From NCBI GenBank assembly GCA_028710985.1, contig JAQTTB010000001.1:359397-423396 (forward strand): a stretch of 64,000 nucleotides of DNA, given 5' to 3'. The notes beneath the pieces are model-generated. The model was not told the DNA's origin, made no database searches, and saw only the letters and a list, made by a program, of their open reading frames with translations. Source of the stretch: Patescibacteria group bacterium. GTDB taxonomy: Bacteria > Patescibacteriota > Patescibacteriia > JAHJFT01. Positions 28,348-36,659 of the stretch are shown piece after piece. The number at the start of each line of letters is the position of its first letter. Positions within the stretch are counted from its first letter, which is position 1. The translations under genes were made by a program, and so were the position numbers.

Positions 28348-28956
28348 ATGACAAAAAATAACCGTGAACCCGAATCCCAGATTCTGATACCGACCGTCAT
28401 CGAAAAAACAACCTATGGCGAGCGCGCCTATGATATTTATTCGCGCCTCCTCAAAGACCGGATTATCTTTTTAGGCATGCCGGTTGACGACAATGTCGCG
28501 AACATTATTATCGCCCAGCTTCTGTTTTTGGAATCACAGGATCCGAAAAAAGACATCAAGCTCTATATTAATTCTCCGGGCGGTTCGGTGACCGCCGGGC
28601 TTGCGGTCTACGACACCATGCAGCTTGTAAAACCCGATGTTTCCACCATCTGCGTCGGCATGGCCGCTTCAATGGCCGCGGTCTTGATGGCCGCCGGCGC
28701 CAAGGGCAAGCGCTTCGTATTGCCGAACTCGGAGATTATGATCCATCAGGTCATGGGCGGCATGGAAGGCCAGGCCGCGGACATCAAAATCCGCGCCGAA
28801 CGGATTCTGCGCATCAAAGACCGCCTGAATGAAATCCTTGCCGAGCACACCGGCCAGCCTATAGCCAAAGTTGAAAAAGACACGGACCGCGATTATTTTA
28901 TGACCCCGGAAGAGTCGGTAAAATATGGCATCGCGGATAAGGTGATTAAGAAATAA
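28348..28956 (+). CDS. clpP: ATP-dependent Clp protease proteolytic subunit
   Basis: [19 protein letters not shown]...[18 protein letters not shown]...IMIHQ covers the catalytic Ser/His/Asp regions. Confidence 0.9.
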   Translation: MTKNNREPESQILIPTVIEKTTYGERAYDIYSRLLKDRIIFLGMPVDDNVANIIIAQLLFLESQDPKKDIKLYINSPGGSVTAGLAVYDTMQLVKPDVSTICVGMAASMAAVLMAAGAKGKRFVLPNSEIMIHQVMGGMEGQAADIKIRAERILRIKDRLNEILAEHTGQPIAKVEKDTDRDYFMTPEESVKYGIADKVIKK

Positions 28957-28965
28957 TATATATTT

Positions 28966-29982
28966 ATGGAAAGTGAATCGCGCGGAGAATTACCAGTTGT
29001 TGAAAAAGAGGCTTCATCCGACGATGCCCGCGCACTTGAATTAATCACCAAATGGCAAACTGCGACAAATGAGGCGAAGGGCTATGGAGATCTCGGTCGG
29101 AGAAATTTTCGAAAATTGGGAGGGCAGCTCGAGGCGTTTGCGGATAGTAAAGACCGTACAACCTGGAATGAGGATGAAACGGAGCGAGCGCTCAGCGGTT
29201 TAGTTGCGTGGGAAAACGGGGATGAACCAAAAGATCTTTTGTCCGCGATAAAGGAAACAATGCAGTTCGCAATGCAGCATAATATGTTCAAAAGGGCGCG
29301 GGAGGTTGCGCAGCTGCTAGAGATGTGGGATGAGGAAGGAAAGATTAACCGCGCACATTTTGATAGTCTGGTAAGCAGGCTGGATAAAGAGGTAAAGAAT
29401 AATAACATTCTTGAAATATATGAAATAATCAAAGCTTATCTTGAGAAATCTGGTCAGCCAGATCTGGGAAAAGACTATGAAGGAAAAATTAAGGATTTCA
29501 ATGATCAATTATTCGAAATTCTGATCAAGGAATTCGCGAGCGAAAAAAGTGTCGAAATGAAAGGATATATTGTCCGCCCTTACGCCACTGAATTGGCGAA
29601 GATAAGCGGAGATGATGCCAAGATGCAAAAAGTAGAGGAGCTCAAACACGATCTTTTGCTTTATGAATTGCGAAATTGTTTCATTGGTCGAGTTAAGAAA
29701 TCAAAAATCGAAGAGGCTTTTTATAGTGCCATGAACATCTTGTCCGAGCATCCGATTGATTTAAAAACAGCCGATGCTGAACTTTGGGCTAGCATGCACG
29801 AAGGTGCAAGAGTGCGTATTAAAAAAATGATCGATGAAGCAAAAGAGCGATCGGGAACCATCCACGGTACCCTCCACCGTTATGTATGGTCGAAATTGAA
29901 TCAAACCCTAGAAAGCTATTTAGCCTTGGGGATAATGGATTTCGAAGAAGATGCTGACTTGATTGATGAAGTGACGGGATAA
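28966..29982 (+). CDS. hypothetical protein (338 aa, acidic, predicted all-alpha), in the position usually held by clpX
   Basis: Starts 10 nt after clpP. It has no Walker motifs and no zinc ribbon, so it is not ClpX. Confidence 0.55.
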   Translation: MESESRGELPVVEKEASSDDARALELITKWQTATNEAKGYGDLGRRNFRKLGGQLEAFADSKDRTTWNEDETERALSGLVAWENGDEPKDLLSAIKETMQFAMQHNMFKRAREVAQLLEMWDEEGKINRAHFDSLVSRLDKEVKNNNILEIYEIIKAYLEKSGQPDLGKDYEGKIKDFNDQLFEILIKEFASEKSVEMKGYIVRPYATELAKISGDDAKMQKVEELKHDLLLYELRNCFIGRVKKSKIEEAFYSAMNILSEHPIDLKTADAELWASMHEGARVRIKKMIDEAKERSGTIHGTLHRYVWSKLNQTLESYLALGIMDFEEDADLIDEVTG

Positions 29983-30027
29983 TTATGCCAGGCATCGCTA
30001 AACATAGCACGATTATTAAAAAATAAT

Positions 30028-30327
30028 ATGGAAAAAGAAACCTGGCGCGAGCCTCCCGAAGAAAAAGAAGAAGACGCCGAAGATGTCAGCCTTAGTCCGG
30101 AGTTGGAAAAGGCTTTACAGCAGCATCTGAATGACAACAAGTACGACTATATAATTGAAAAATTTGGAATCACCTTGCTGCAAAAGGCCGGTCTGACTAA
30201 GGAAGTTTTCAATGAATTGAACCAAGAAGATCCGGATCGGCTTGATGAATATCTTAGAGAAATCGGTGCGGCGCCGGATAGCAAGAGCGTCAAGAAAATA
30301 ATCAATGAATTGCTGGCTAAGGAATAG
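30028..30327 (+). CDS. hypothetical acidic protein (99 aa)
   Basis: ORF followed by a terminator. Confidence 0.45.
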   Translation: MEKETWREPPEEKEEDAEDVSLSPELEKALQQHLNDNKYDYIIEKFGITLLQKAGLTKEVFNELNQEDPDRLDEYLREIGAAPDSKSVKKIINELLAKE

Positions 30328-30351
30328 CCGGTTATCGATTAAATTTAAAAA

Positions 30352-30385
30352 ACAGGTGATACTTTTGATGGTCGCCTGTTTTTTC
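30352..30385 (+). terminator. rho-independent terminator
   Basis: acaggtgat...tcgcctgt stem plus ttttttc. Confidence 0.55.
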
Positions 30386-30474
30386 TTGCCGTTATCCTTA
30401 GCTTGACACGCCTTTGGCCCGGGTGTATAAAGGAGAGTCCGGAAGAGGGGTGGAAAAATGAATTTGTCAGCCCC

Positions 30475-30503
30475 TTGACAAGAGTTACAGACTCTGTTAT
30501 TAT
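30475..30503 (+). promoter_or_regulatory. near-consensus sigma70 promoter (TTGACA-17-TATTAT) driving a short transcript
   Basis: Hexamers at 30475-30480 and 30498-30503. Confidence 0.55.
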
Positions 30504-30509
30504 ATAGAG

Positions 30510-30791
30510 TTAATGAAGGAGGGAAAATGCTTTTTCCTCTTGTTTTATACAAAAAAACGCCCATTTGGGTAATCCGCTCTCACGACAAGCATGGGGATCT
30601 TTCCAAGGCAGCTTCTGGCGCAAGCTCGAACTCGCCTTAATAAGATCTTCTTGAGCGCGGATTACTTTTGCGGGTGTTTTTTATTTTGTATTTCAGCCAA
30701 TTGATGTTCCCCCTCCTTTGTAAAGGAGGGGGACAGAGCCCGCCCGCCACGCCTGAGGCGTAGCCGATAGCGGGCGGGGGTGTCTTTTTTT
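30510..30791 (+). ncRNA. candidate about 280-nt transcript: either an sRNA or the mRNA of a 37-aa ORF (30527-30640, RBS AAGGAGGG), ending in a strong terminator
   Basis: Promoter, RBS, ORF, two GC hairpins (ccccctcc-tttgtaa-aggaggggg; gcccgcccgc...gcgggcgggg) and a T8 run. Confidence 0.35.
30738..30791 (+). terminator. rho-independent terminator (10-bp GC stem with a nested hairpin, T8 run)
   Basis: gcccgcccgc-cacgcctgaggcgtagccgata-gcgggcgggg-gtgtctttttttt. Confidence 0.7.
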
Positions 30792-30793
30792 TA

Positions 30794-31150
30794 CTATTTA
30801 TTCTTTGGTTCTTGTTTAAATTCGATTGGAAGAAACGCGGATACATCGCTCGGCGAGTAACCTTGTTCCTTGAAGAAATCAAGAATTTTGGTCGTCGCCG
30901 CTTCGCTCGCCTTCGCGTCTCGAAAAGCAAGAACATCATCCATGATCTGCGCACTGAAGTTATCCCATAGCTCTTCCTCGAAATGTAGTTCGCCCATCCC
31001 TTCTTTTTTTTCGACGGCGTCGATAGCGTTAAAAAGATCGGCGAATGTCGTGTCCTTAGAAATGGACACTCTCAAATTCCGTTCCTTTTTTTCTGTCTCT
31101 TTTGCCCCCGGAAAGCCGGGGAATCCCCCCATTCGTTCAGGTGATTTCAT
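30794..31150 (-). CDS. hypothetical protein (118 aa)
   Basis: ORF only. Confidence 0.4.
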   Translation of the reverse strand: MKSPERMGGFPGFPGAKETEKKERNLRVSISKDTTFADLFNAIDAVEKKEGMGELHFEEELWDNFSAQIMDDVLAFRDAKASEAATTKILDFFKEQGYSPSDVSAFLPIEFKQEPKNK

Positions 31151-31179
31151 AATATAAATTATTAATTAATTATAATTTT

Positions 31180-31872
31180 TTATTCAAAAAATTCTTTTAT
31201 CTCCCCTCCGAGTGTAATAATCAGTGAAAGCAATAATTTTACCGAAAATACTTTTCTATCAAACGAAGACATCACAGACATTATAACTGGATCGGTTGGA
31301 TTAACTAAGTAATTAACATCTGTACAGCCAACACCAATGCCACGAATGACATCGTCATTTTCTTTCCAAAGCTTATTAAAATTTTTTAGGGTTGCCCGAA
31401 CATGAAAACTCCTAACTTTAATACTTGACAAAGAAGTATTCCTCATGTATTCACTATTCTCCGCCCATTCGTAAAAACTATTGATTTCAAAATGTTCCGG
31501 TTCCAGACTTACCGCAGCGATGCCGGCACCTAAAGGGTCATCGGGAGGCTCGGAATAAACCCGGATGCTTTCTTTATGTCTGTAGTCATGTTCCCGATCA
31601 GGAATAATGAATTCATAATCCTTGGTCATTGACACGAATCGTTCAACTGGCATATCGTCCTTAAGAAAGATATGCCCATTTTCAACTAAATCTGGGTTAC
31701 TCCCGGATATTCTTTCAAGGTTGGCTCGCATCAAGGCGATGTTTTCCTCAGTTGTGTTTTTATTATGGGGCCACGGGCAGGTTTGGTTATTCGGGTATTT
31801 CAATGACGCCAATATGCCTAAAATCACTATGAGCAAAACAAATGGCATTATAATCATTAACGGCTTTTTCAT
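31180..31872 (-). CDS. hypothetical membrane-anchored protein (230 aa)
   Basis: N-terminal TM helix MIIMPFVLLIVILGILASL. Confidence 0.5.
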   Translation of the reverse strand: MKKPLMIIMPFVLLIVILGILASLKYPNNQTCPWPHNKNTTEENIALMRANLERISGSNPDLVENGHIFLKDDMPVERFVSMTKDYEFIIPDREHDYRHKESIRVYSEPPDDPLGAGIAAVSLEPEHFEINSFYEWAENSEYMRNTSLSSIKVRSFHVRATLKNFNKLWKENDDVIRGIGVGCTDVNYLVNPTDPVIMSVMSSFDRKVFSVKLLLSLIITLGGEIKEFFE

Positions 31873-31891
31873 AAAATAACAAATTAGTTAC

Positions 31892-33832
31892 TCATTCCGG
31901 AATGACTGGTTCGGCCGGATTGTCGCCCGGCGTGCTCGCTTCATCAACCGGCGGGGTGGAGAGCTCGGCCACGCCGATAAGGCACACCGCGCCCCAGGGG
32001 CGGTAATGGGAGGTAAACGTGGTTTCTTTCACTTTGCCGTCCGGATAGGTTACTTTGTAATCAAATTCCGCATCGGCTCCGGCATGGGCGCTTTCGGTGC
32101 ACTTTTTTTCGCCCGGCGCGAGATCTAAAGTTTCCACCTCTTTAAGTGCCGGAGGAGAAGTGATATTAGTGATGCGCGAATCGGACTGATAAATCTCGCG
32201 GTTGTCGGGTGTGCCCCAAAATTCAAAAACCAATTCATCGCCCTCAATGCGCGTCTGGATTAAAATATAATTTTCCGTATCGTTTAAAAATCTCAAGTCC
32301 GGATGCATTTCATAGACTGCCGCGTCTTTTCCCGCGGGTTCGTAATAAACCACGCGGTATGAATGTGGATTGCGTTCGGTAATTGGCAGGCCGGCCGAAA
32401 TTGCGACGCGGAACATGGTCGTGCCGATCTGACAAAGGCCGCCGCCGTATTCGGGTAGGGTTTTATTTTCTTTAATTACAAGTTCAGGCAAATAGCCGTT
32501 TTCCGCGTTGACCGGGGCGAGATTCGTGATGGTTGAGAATTCCTCATCCGCCGGTACCAAGAGTCCGTTCAGTTTTTCGCTGCCCACGCGGATATTGTGG
32601 CGCCGGTTGACCGGCGAGCCCTTGAAATTGGAACGGCCGACGCCGATGAGCTCTTTGATGCCCAAATCATTTAAGTCCGCGATTTTAATTTCCGGTTCGG
32701 TAATTTTTACAATGATTGCGGCGTCCTTTTGTTTGTCGGTGAGCAGTAATTGCTCAAAATTTGCGATTGTCGCCGGCCAATCGATGGTGATTCCGTCGTT
32801 ACTGCCGGCAAATTCAATAACGCGGTTGTTTTCCATTTTAAATTTTGCATTCTGCGGTTCAACCTCAATCAAATTCGCGGCCTCGGCGAGGGTTGTTTTA
32901 ACCCCTTCTTCCAAAAAGCCGATCAGGATATTTCCGTCAGCCGCTTTTTTGAGAGTGAGCCACGCGGCAAAATCCTCGGACGCGATGTTCCAGCTGAAAT
33001 TTTCAAAATCAGTCGAGTATTTTATTTTGACCGGCGCGAGCGCCATGGCCTGGCTTATCGCAGGGAGCATCTCTTCGGCTTCCGCGGCACTAATCTCCGG
33101 CTCATCGGCCACGGATTCAAGTTCAATCGGCGCGGACTCAATAAGCAAGAGCTGTTTTTCAATTTCCGAAAGCGCGGCTGCATAATCAAGGGTCTGGCCC
33201 GAATGTTCGGGTTCAACCGTGAGAATCGGATTCGTGGAATTATCAGCCATGGTGATCATAATGCGCGCGTTCGCGGCCGGGGAATCGTATTCCTTGAAGA
33301 TGTTTTTCATAAATGCGACAACCGAATTTTCTTCAATGCCGAATTCTGCCGCAAGCTCAACGCCAAGCGTTCGGGCGCGTGCCTGGCTGCTTATTCTACT
33401 GAGCCAGGATGCTTCACGGCCCAGATTCCAGGCCGCGGAAATCATGCTGTCAATATTATAATTTACCAGTTCGCGGCTTGCTTCCGGATTCTGCTCATTA
33501 ATCTCGTTTGTCATAAGCGCGACCTGTTTGTCCGCGTGCTTGAGAGTGAAGCCATTGTCCAGAAAATCTTGGATCGCCTGCGACAGTTTTTCGGACGCCT
33601 GATCGCGGGTTAAACCGCCGATATCAACTGATCCGATTTTTACGCCCGGAAAAATTTTATTTTCATAATTTTTGGCGTATGCCCAGGACGTGCCGTAGAT
33701 AATTCCGCAAATCAAAACCGCGGCCAGCGCGCCGAGCACGGCCCAATGCGAAAAAATCCTTGCTAAAGCCGGGGGCAGCAAGGATTTATTGCGCTTTATT
33801 TCCGGTTTGTTTTTCTTATTCGTTTTCCCCAT
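31892..33832 (-). CDS. VanW-family protein with an N-terminal TM anchor (646 aa)
   Basis: VanW-like core ...GGGLCQIGTTMFRVAISAGLPITER.... Confidence 0.75.
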   Translation of the reverse strand: MGKTNKKNKPEIKRNKSLLPPALARIFSHWAVLGALAAVLICGIIYGTSWAYAKNYENKIFPGVKIGSVDIGGLTRDQASEKLSQAIQDFLDNGFTLKHADKQVALMTNEINEQNPEASRELVNYNIDSMISAAWNLGREASWLSRISSQARARTLGVELAAEFGIEENSVVAFMKNIFKEYDSPAANARIMITMADNSTNPILTVEPEHSGQTLDYAAALSEIEKQLLLIESAPIELESVADEPEISAAEAEEMLPAISQAMALAPVKIKYSTDFENFSWNIASEDFAAWLTLKKAADGNILIGFLEEGVKTTLAEAANLIEVEPQNAKFKMENNRVIEFAGSNDGITIDWPATIANFEQLLLTDKQKDAAIIVKITEPEIKIADLNDLGIKELIGVGRSNFKGSPVNRRHNIRVGSEKLNGLLVPADEEFSTITNLAPVNAENGYLPELVIKENKTLPEYGGGLCQIGTTMFRVAISAGLPITERNPHSYRVVYYEPAGKDAAVYEMHPDLRFLNDTENYILIQTRIEGDELVFEFWGTPDNREIYQSDSRITNITSPPALKEVETLDLAPGEKKCTESAHAGADAEFDYKVTYPDGKVKETTFTSHYRPWGAVCLIGVAELSTPPVDEASTPGDNPAEPVIPE

Positions 33833-34052
33833 CTTTTAAAATTTCATTGAGAATTGTTTTGGCGAGTTTCTCGCGCTCGGCTTCGTCGGTTTCGCTCGTG
33901 TAGAGCACGAGCCGCACGGCCGCGCCTTCGGCTAAGCCCTCCGGCAGGTCGGAAACCGGCCAGATAATATTCTGTCCGTCATCGAGCCGGATGACGGCCT
34001 TGTCGCCTTCAAACCGGTCAATCACGCCTTTTCTGAAAAGCTCTTTATTCAT
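33816..34052 (-). CDS. small hypothetical protein (DUF3006-like, about 79 aa)
   Basis: Start trimmed to MNKELFRKGVIDRFEG to avoid a 68-nt overlap with hsp20. Confidence 0.45.
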   Translation of the reverse strand: MNKELFRKGVIDRFEGDKAVIRLDDGQNIIWPVSDLPEGLAEGAAVRLVLYTSETDEAEREKLAKTILNEILKDGENE

Positions 34053-34452
34053 ATACCTCATCAAGCCCCTGCACCGCCACGCGCGCGGTTTTGTGCGCCC
34101 TGGGTATGACAATGGTCAGAACGCCGTTTTTTAAAATCGCTTCGGCTTCATCTCCCTTGATATGCACCGGCAGGATGATGGTGCGGGAAAAACTTCCCCA
34201 GTAGCATTCCTGAAAAAAATAATTCCGTCCGCGGGCCATGTCTTCTTCGTGGCGGCGGCCGCGGATGGTAATCATGTCGTTTTCAACGGAAATGTCCAGA
34301 TCCTCGGGCTTAACCCCGGCGATGGTTGAGCGGATGATGATATTGTCGCCCTGCTCAAAAACATCAACCGCAAGCTGGCCCTCCTCGGTCGGGGTAAAGT
34401 ATGTTTCCTGTTCGTTCGGCGTTCCGAATTGTTGGATAATCGGCGTTGGCAT
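34045..34452 (-). CDS. Hsp20/alpha-crystallin family small heat-shock protein
   Basis: ACD-domain signature ...ENDMITIRGRR...AILKNGVLTIVIPR. Confidence 0.85.
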   Translation of the reverse strand: MPTPIIQQFGTPNEQETYFTPTEEGQLAVDVFEQGDNIIIRSTIAGVKPEDLDISVENDMITIRGRRHEEDMARGRNYFFQECYWGSFSRTIILPVHIKGDEAEAILKNGVLTIVIPRAHKTARVAVQGLDEVYE

Positions 34453-34505
34453 AATTTTATTTAATTATAGAGGTAATTTACCGGGCTGTAAAGAGATGAT
34501 ATTGA

Positions 34506-34540
34506 CAAAAAAACCTCAGAACGTTTTTGTTGCTCTGAGG
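34506..34540 (-). terminator. rho-independent terminator, paralogous to the tRNA-Glu terminator, followed by a tRNA-3'-end-like scar (tttcttggtagcgcg, 34541-34556)
   Basis: CCTCAGA...TCTGAGG stem plus a T-run in minus sense. Compare 36325-36350. Confidence 0.55.
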
Positions 34541-34563
34541 TTTCTTGGTAGCGCGTGAAAAGC

Positions 34564-34594
34564 AAAAAAACTCCTACTCATAATAAGTAGGAGC
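34564..34594 (-). terminator. rho-independent terminator after the 34609-35376 gene
   Basis: gctcctact-tattatg-agtaggag plus ttttttt in minus sense. Confidence 0.6.
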
Positions 34595-34608
34595 CGCGTG
34601 TGCACGAT

Positions 34609-35376
34609 TTAAGTGAAGAGCTGAAGAGCTTTGATGAGGTATGCCTCGGCCATATGCCAGTCGATTGGATCCAAAGCGTTACCGCTTGGACGAAGTCGTG
34701 CCTGTGCGTCAATGCTCAAATCGGGAAATACTTTGATGAGCGGTTCGACCAAATGAATGGTTTCCGGCCCAAGTCCGCCCGCAGCCCCGATGCCAAACAT
34801 CGGAAAGCGTTCCCTGATCGCTCGAGCGAATGGTATTAGATCAACGGCATTCATGCCGAGACCCTTTCCCATACTCTTGTCGAGTAGAACGCGGTGTATC
34901 GCACCTTTGTAGTCGCCAAGTTTCTTGATAACAGCTTGCGGATTATTATTGACTTCCTTCAAAGCATTTTTTCCAATCTGGAGGACGACTTCGATGTGCT
35001 TGCGTGAGGCATGGACACCATCTATGATCTGATTCGGATCGGGCCAAGTCATGTCGAGTTGCAGAGCGTGCAGGCCGGCACCACCGCAAGAGATGGCGTC
35101 GGCAAGGCTTTTCCAGAGGCCGGAGTTGTTGCCATAGTCCACGTAGTGCAGGCAGTTGTATGCTTCATCCGAAGAGAAGATGTCGGCGACTGTTTCCTTC
35201 GGCGGAAAAGTATTCTGCCACTTGCTCGGAATGCCGTGAAGCGTCTTGTAGCTCATCATAACGCCGACATGCAACTTGCGCGTTGATCCAATTGGCAGAT
35301 GAGCGGCGAATATCCTGGACATGCTTTGAACTTGCTCGAATTTTGTAAAATCAGTAATGCCGATGTATGGGTTCAT
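34609..35376 (-). CDS. hypothetical enzyme (255 aa), possibly a TIM-barrel/FMN-binding fold
   Basis: Only weak resemblance (a Gly-rich IGAAGGLG segment near the C-terminus). The family is unresolved. Confidence 0.5.
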   Translation of the reverse strand: MNPYIGITDFTKFEQVQSMSRIFAAHLPIGSTRKLHVGVMMSYKTLHGIPSKWQNTFPPKETVADIFSSDEAYNCLHYVDYGNNSGLWKSLADAISCGGAGLHALQLDMTWPDPNQIIDGVHASRKHIEVVLQIGKNALKEVNNNPQAVIKKLGDYKGAIHRVLLDKSMGKGLGMNAVDLIPFARAIRERFPMFGIGAAGGLGPETIHLVEPLIKVFPDLSIDAQARLRPSGNALDPIDWHMAEAYLIKALQLFT

Positions 35377-35510
35377 TGCGTACCCCTTTCGTTTAAAAGG
35401 ACATTTTGTATTAAAAAATCCTATCCTATTTATGCTAAAAAGTCAAGGAAAAAGCCTTTATAATAAAAAAAGAGCAGTTTTAAGACTTGCTCGGGTCATA
35501 AGTCATTAAA

Positions 35511-36002
35511 CTATATATCATCCTCTTCCACGTATTGGGGGCGCAGAGAGCAAACTTCCTCCTCCCTCTCTCGCCTTTCCGCTTCATACCATGCCTGCGC
35601 CGCCGGATGGTTGGGGAAGATATCTTCGGACCCGCATGTTGGGCAAACATGCGCCTCGGCATCGGCCACGGGGATTGTCTTTCGGTCCCTGTAAGCAAAT
35701 TCGCACTTACAACTTTCGCACACCCACGGCGCATCCGGCTCGTGAGAGCGGGGATCGGAGTCAGGATGTATCCACTCCTGTGCCTCTTTTTCCCGCGCCC
35801 GGACACGGGCTTCATTGATTTCGTTTTGCTGCGCCTCGAGCCGCGACTTCTCCCGGCGCAGCTCCTCGAGCTTGTTCTCGGGAATGCCCGGCTCTTTGAG
35901 GATAATCGGGATTTCCTTGAGCCGCGAATCAATGAGTGTAAGTTCAAATGCAAGGTCCTGTTCCGAGGGCTGACCTTCGGGTTCCTTATTCTCAGCCGAC
36001 AT
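35511..36002 (-). CDS. hypothetical coiled-coil protein with a C-terminal CxxC...CxxC zinc ribbon (163 aa)
   Basis: WVCESCKC...HVCPTCG. Confidence 0.55.
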   Translation of the reverse strand: MSAENKEPEGQPSEQDLAFELTLIDSRLKEIPIILKEPGIPENKLEELRREKSRLEAQQNEINEARVRAREKEAQEWIHPDSDPRSHEPDAPWVCESCKCEFAYRDRKTIPVADAEAHVCPTCGSEDIFPNHPAAQAWYEAERREREEEVCSLRPQYVEEDDI

Positions 36003-36026
36003 GTTTTCCTCCTTTTAAGTATCTGC

Positions 36027-36054
36027 ATTTTACTGAATATTGCTAGAATGTCAA
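36027..36054 (-). promoter_or_regulatory. sigma70-like promoter (TTGACA-16-TAAAAT, minus sense) for the 35511-36002 gene
   Basis: Reverse complement of tgtcaa at 36049-36054 and atttta at 36027-36032. A GGAGG RBS follows. Confidence 0.5.
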
Positions 36055-36105
36055 TAAACAAAAAATCCCCCGGTTCTCGTGGGGAATTCCGTAATTGCTC
36101 AAATT

Positions 36106-36170
36106 TAAATTTAAAATTGAATTAAAATTCCTGCCTGCCGGCAGGCAGGTAAAACTTAAAATTTAAAATT
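36106..36170. repeat. AT-rich 41-bp unit (as at 23196-23240) carrying the 20-nt palindrome at 36130-36149: the 'filled site'
   Basis: tttaaaattgaattaaaatt-CCTGCCTGCCGGCAGGCAGG-taaaacttaaaatttaaaatt. Confidence 0.85.
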
Positions 36171-36181
36171 GCCCGAAGGGC

Positions 36182-36232
36182 TGGTAGCCCGTAGGGGAAT
36201 CGCCCCGACGTTTCGCTTCGCGAAAGTCGGGG
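36182..36232 (-). repeat. tRNA-Glu 3'-end copy (T-loop to CCA, 36182-36202) fused to a 30-nt hairpin CCCCGACGTTTCGCTTCGCGAAAGTCGGGG (36203-36232)
   Basis: tggtagcccgtaggggaatcg equals the 3' end of the intact tRNA-Glu. The hairpin core is identical (reverse orientation) to 52339-52366. Confidence 0.75.
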
Positions 36233-36353
36233 TACCGGGGCGCGGAGTTTATCTCGATGTATATCGGGACCTCTCGCGCCCGTTCGATTCCCTAAATTTA
36301 ATATTATTAAACATACAAAAAATCTCAGACATTTATCCGCGTCTGAGGTTTCT

Positions 36354-36428
36354 TGGTAGCCCGTAGGGGAATCGAACCCCTATTACCACATTGAAAGCGT
36401 GGTGTCCTAGCCATTAGACGAACGGGCC
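36354..36428 (-). tRNA. tRNA-Glu (anticodon TTC), CCA encoded, followed by its own terminator (36321-36350)
   Basis: GGCCCGT-TC-GTCT-AATGGCTA-GGAC-A-CCACG-CTTTCAA-TGTGG-TAAT-AGGGG-TTCGATT-CCCCT-ACGGGCT-A-CCA. Confidence 0.85.
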
Positions 36429-36510
36429 ATGAAATATGTTTTTAAATATGTTACCACATTGTCCGCCAAAGGCGGATGCGCCTCGCCTGTCCGCCTCTGG
36501 CGGAGGCGCA

Positions 36511-36565
36511 AAAGCGTGGTGTCCCTGCCTACCGGCAGGCAGGCTAGCCATTAGACGAACGGGCC
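36511..36565 (-). repeat. copy of the tRNA-Glu 5' half (positions 1-35, ending in the anticodon loop), interrupted after position 21 by the palindrome (36524-36543)
   Basis: GGCCCGTTCGTCTAATGGCTA-[CCTGCCTGCCGGTAGGCAGG]-GGACACCACGCTTT compared with the intact gene. Confidence 0.8.
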
Positions 36566-36659
36566 GTAAATTTATGGCCATATTATCAGGAAATTGAATA
36601 AAAGTCAAGATTCATGAACCGGGCTTTTTTATTTTAGGCTATAATGATAGAATAATCTC

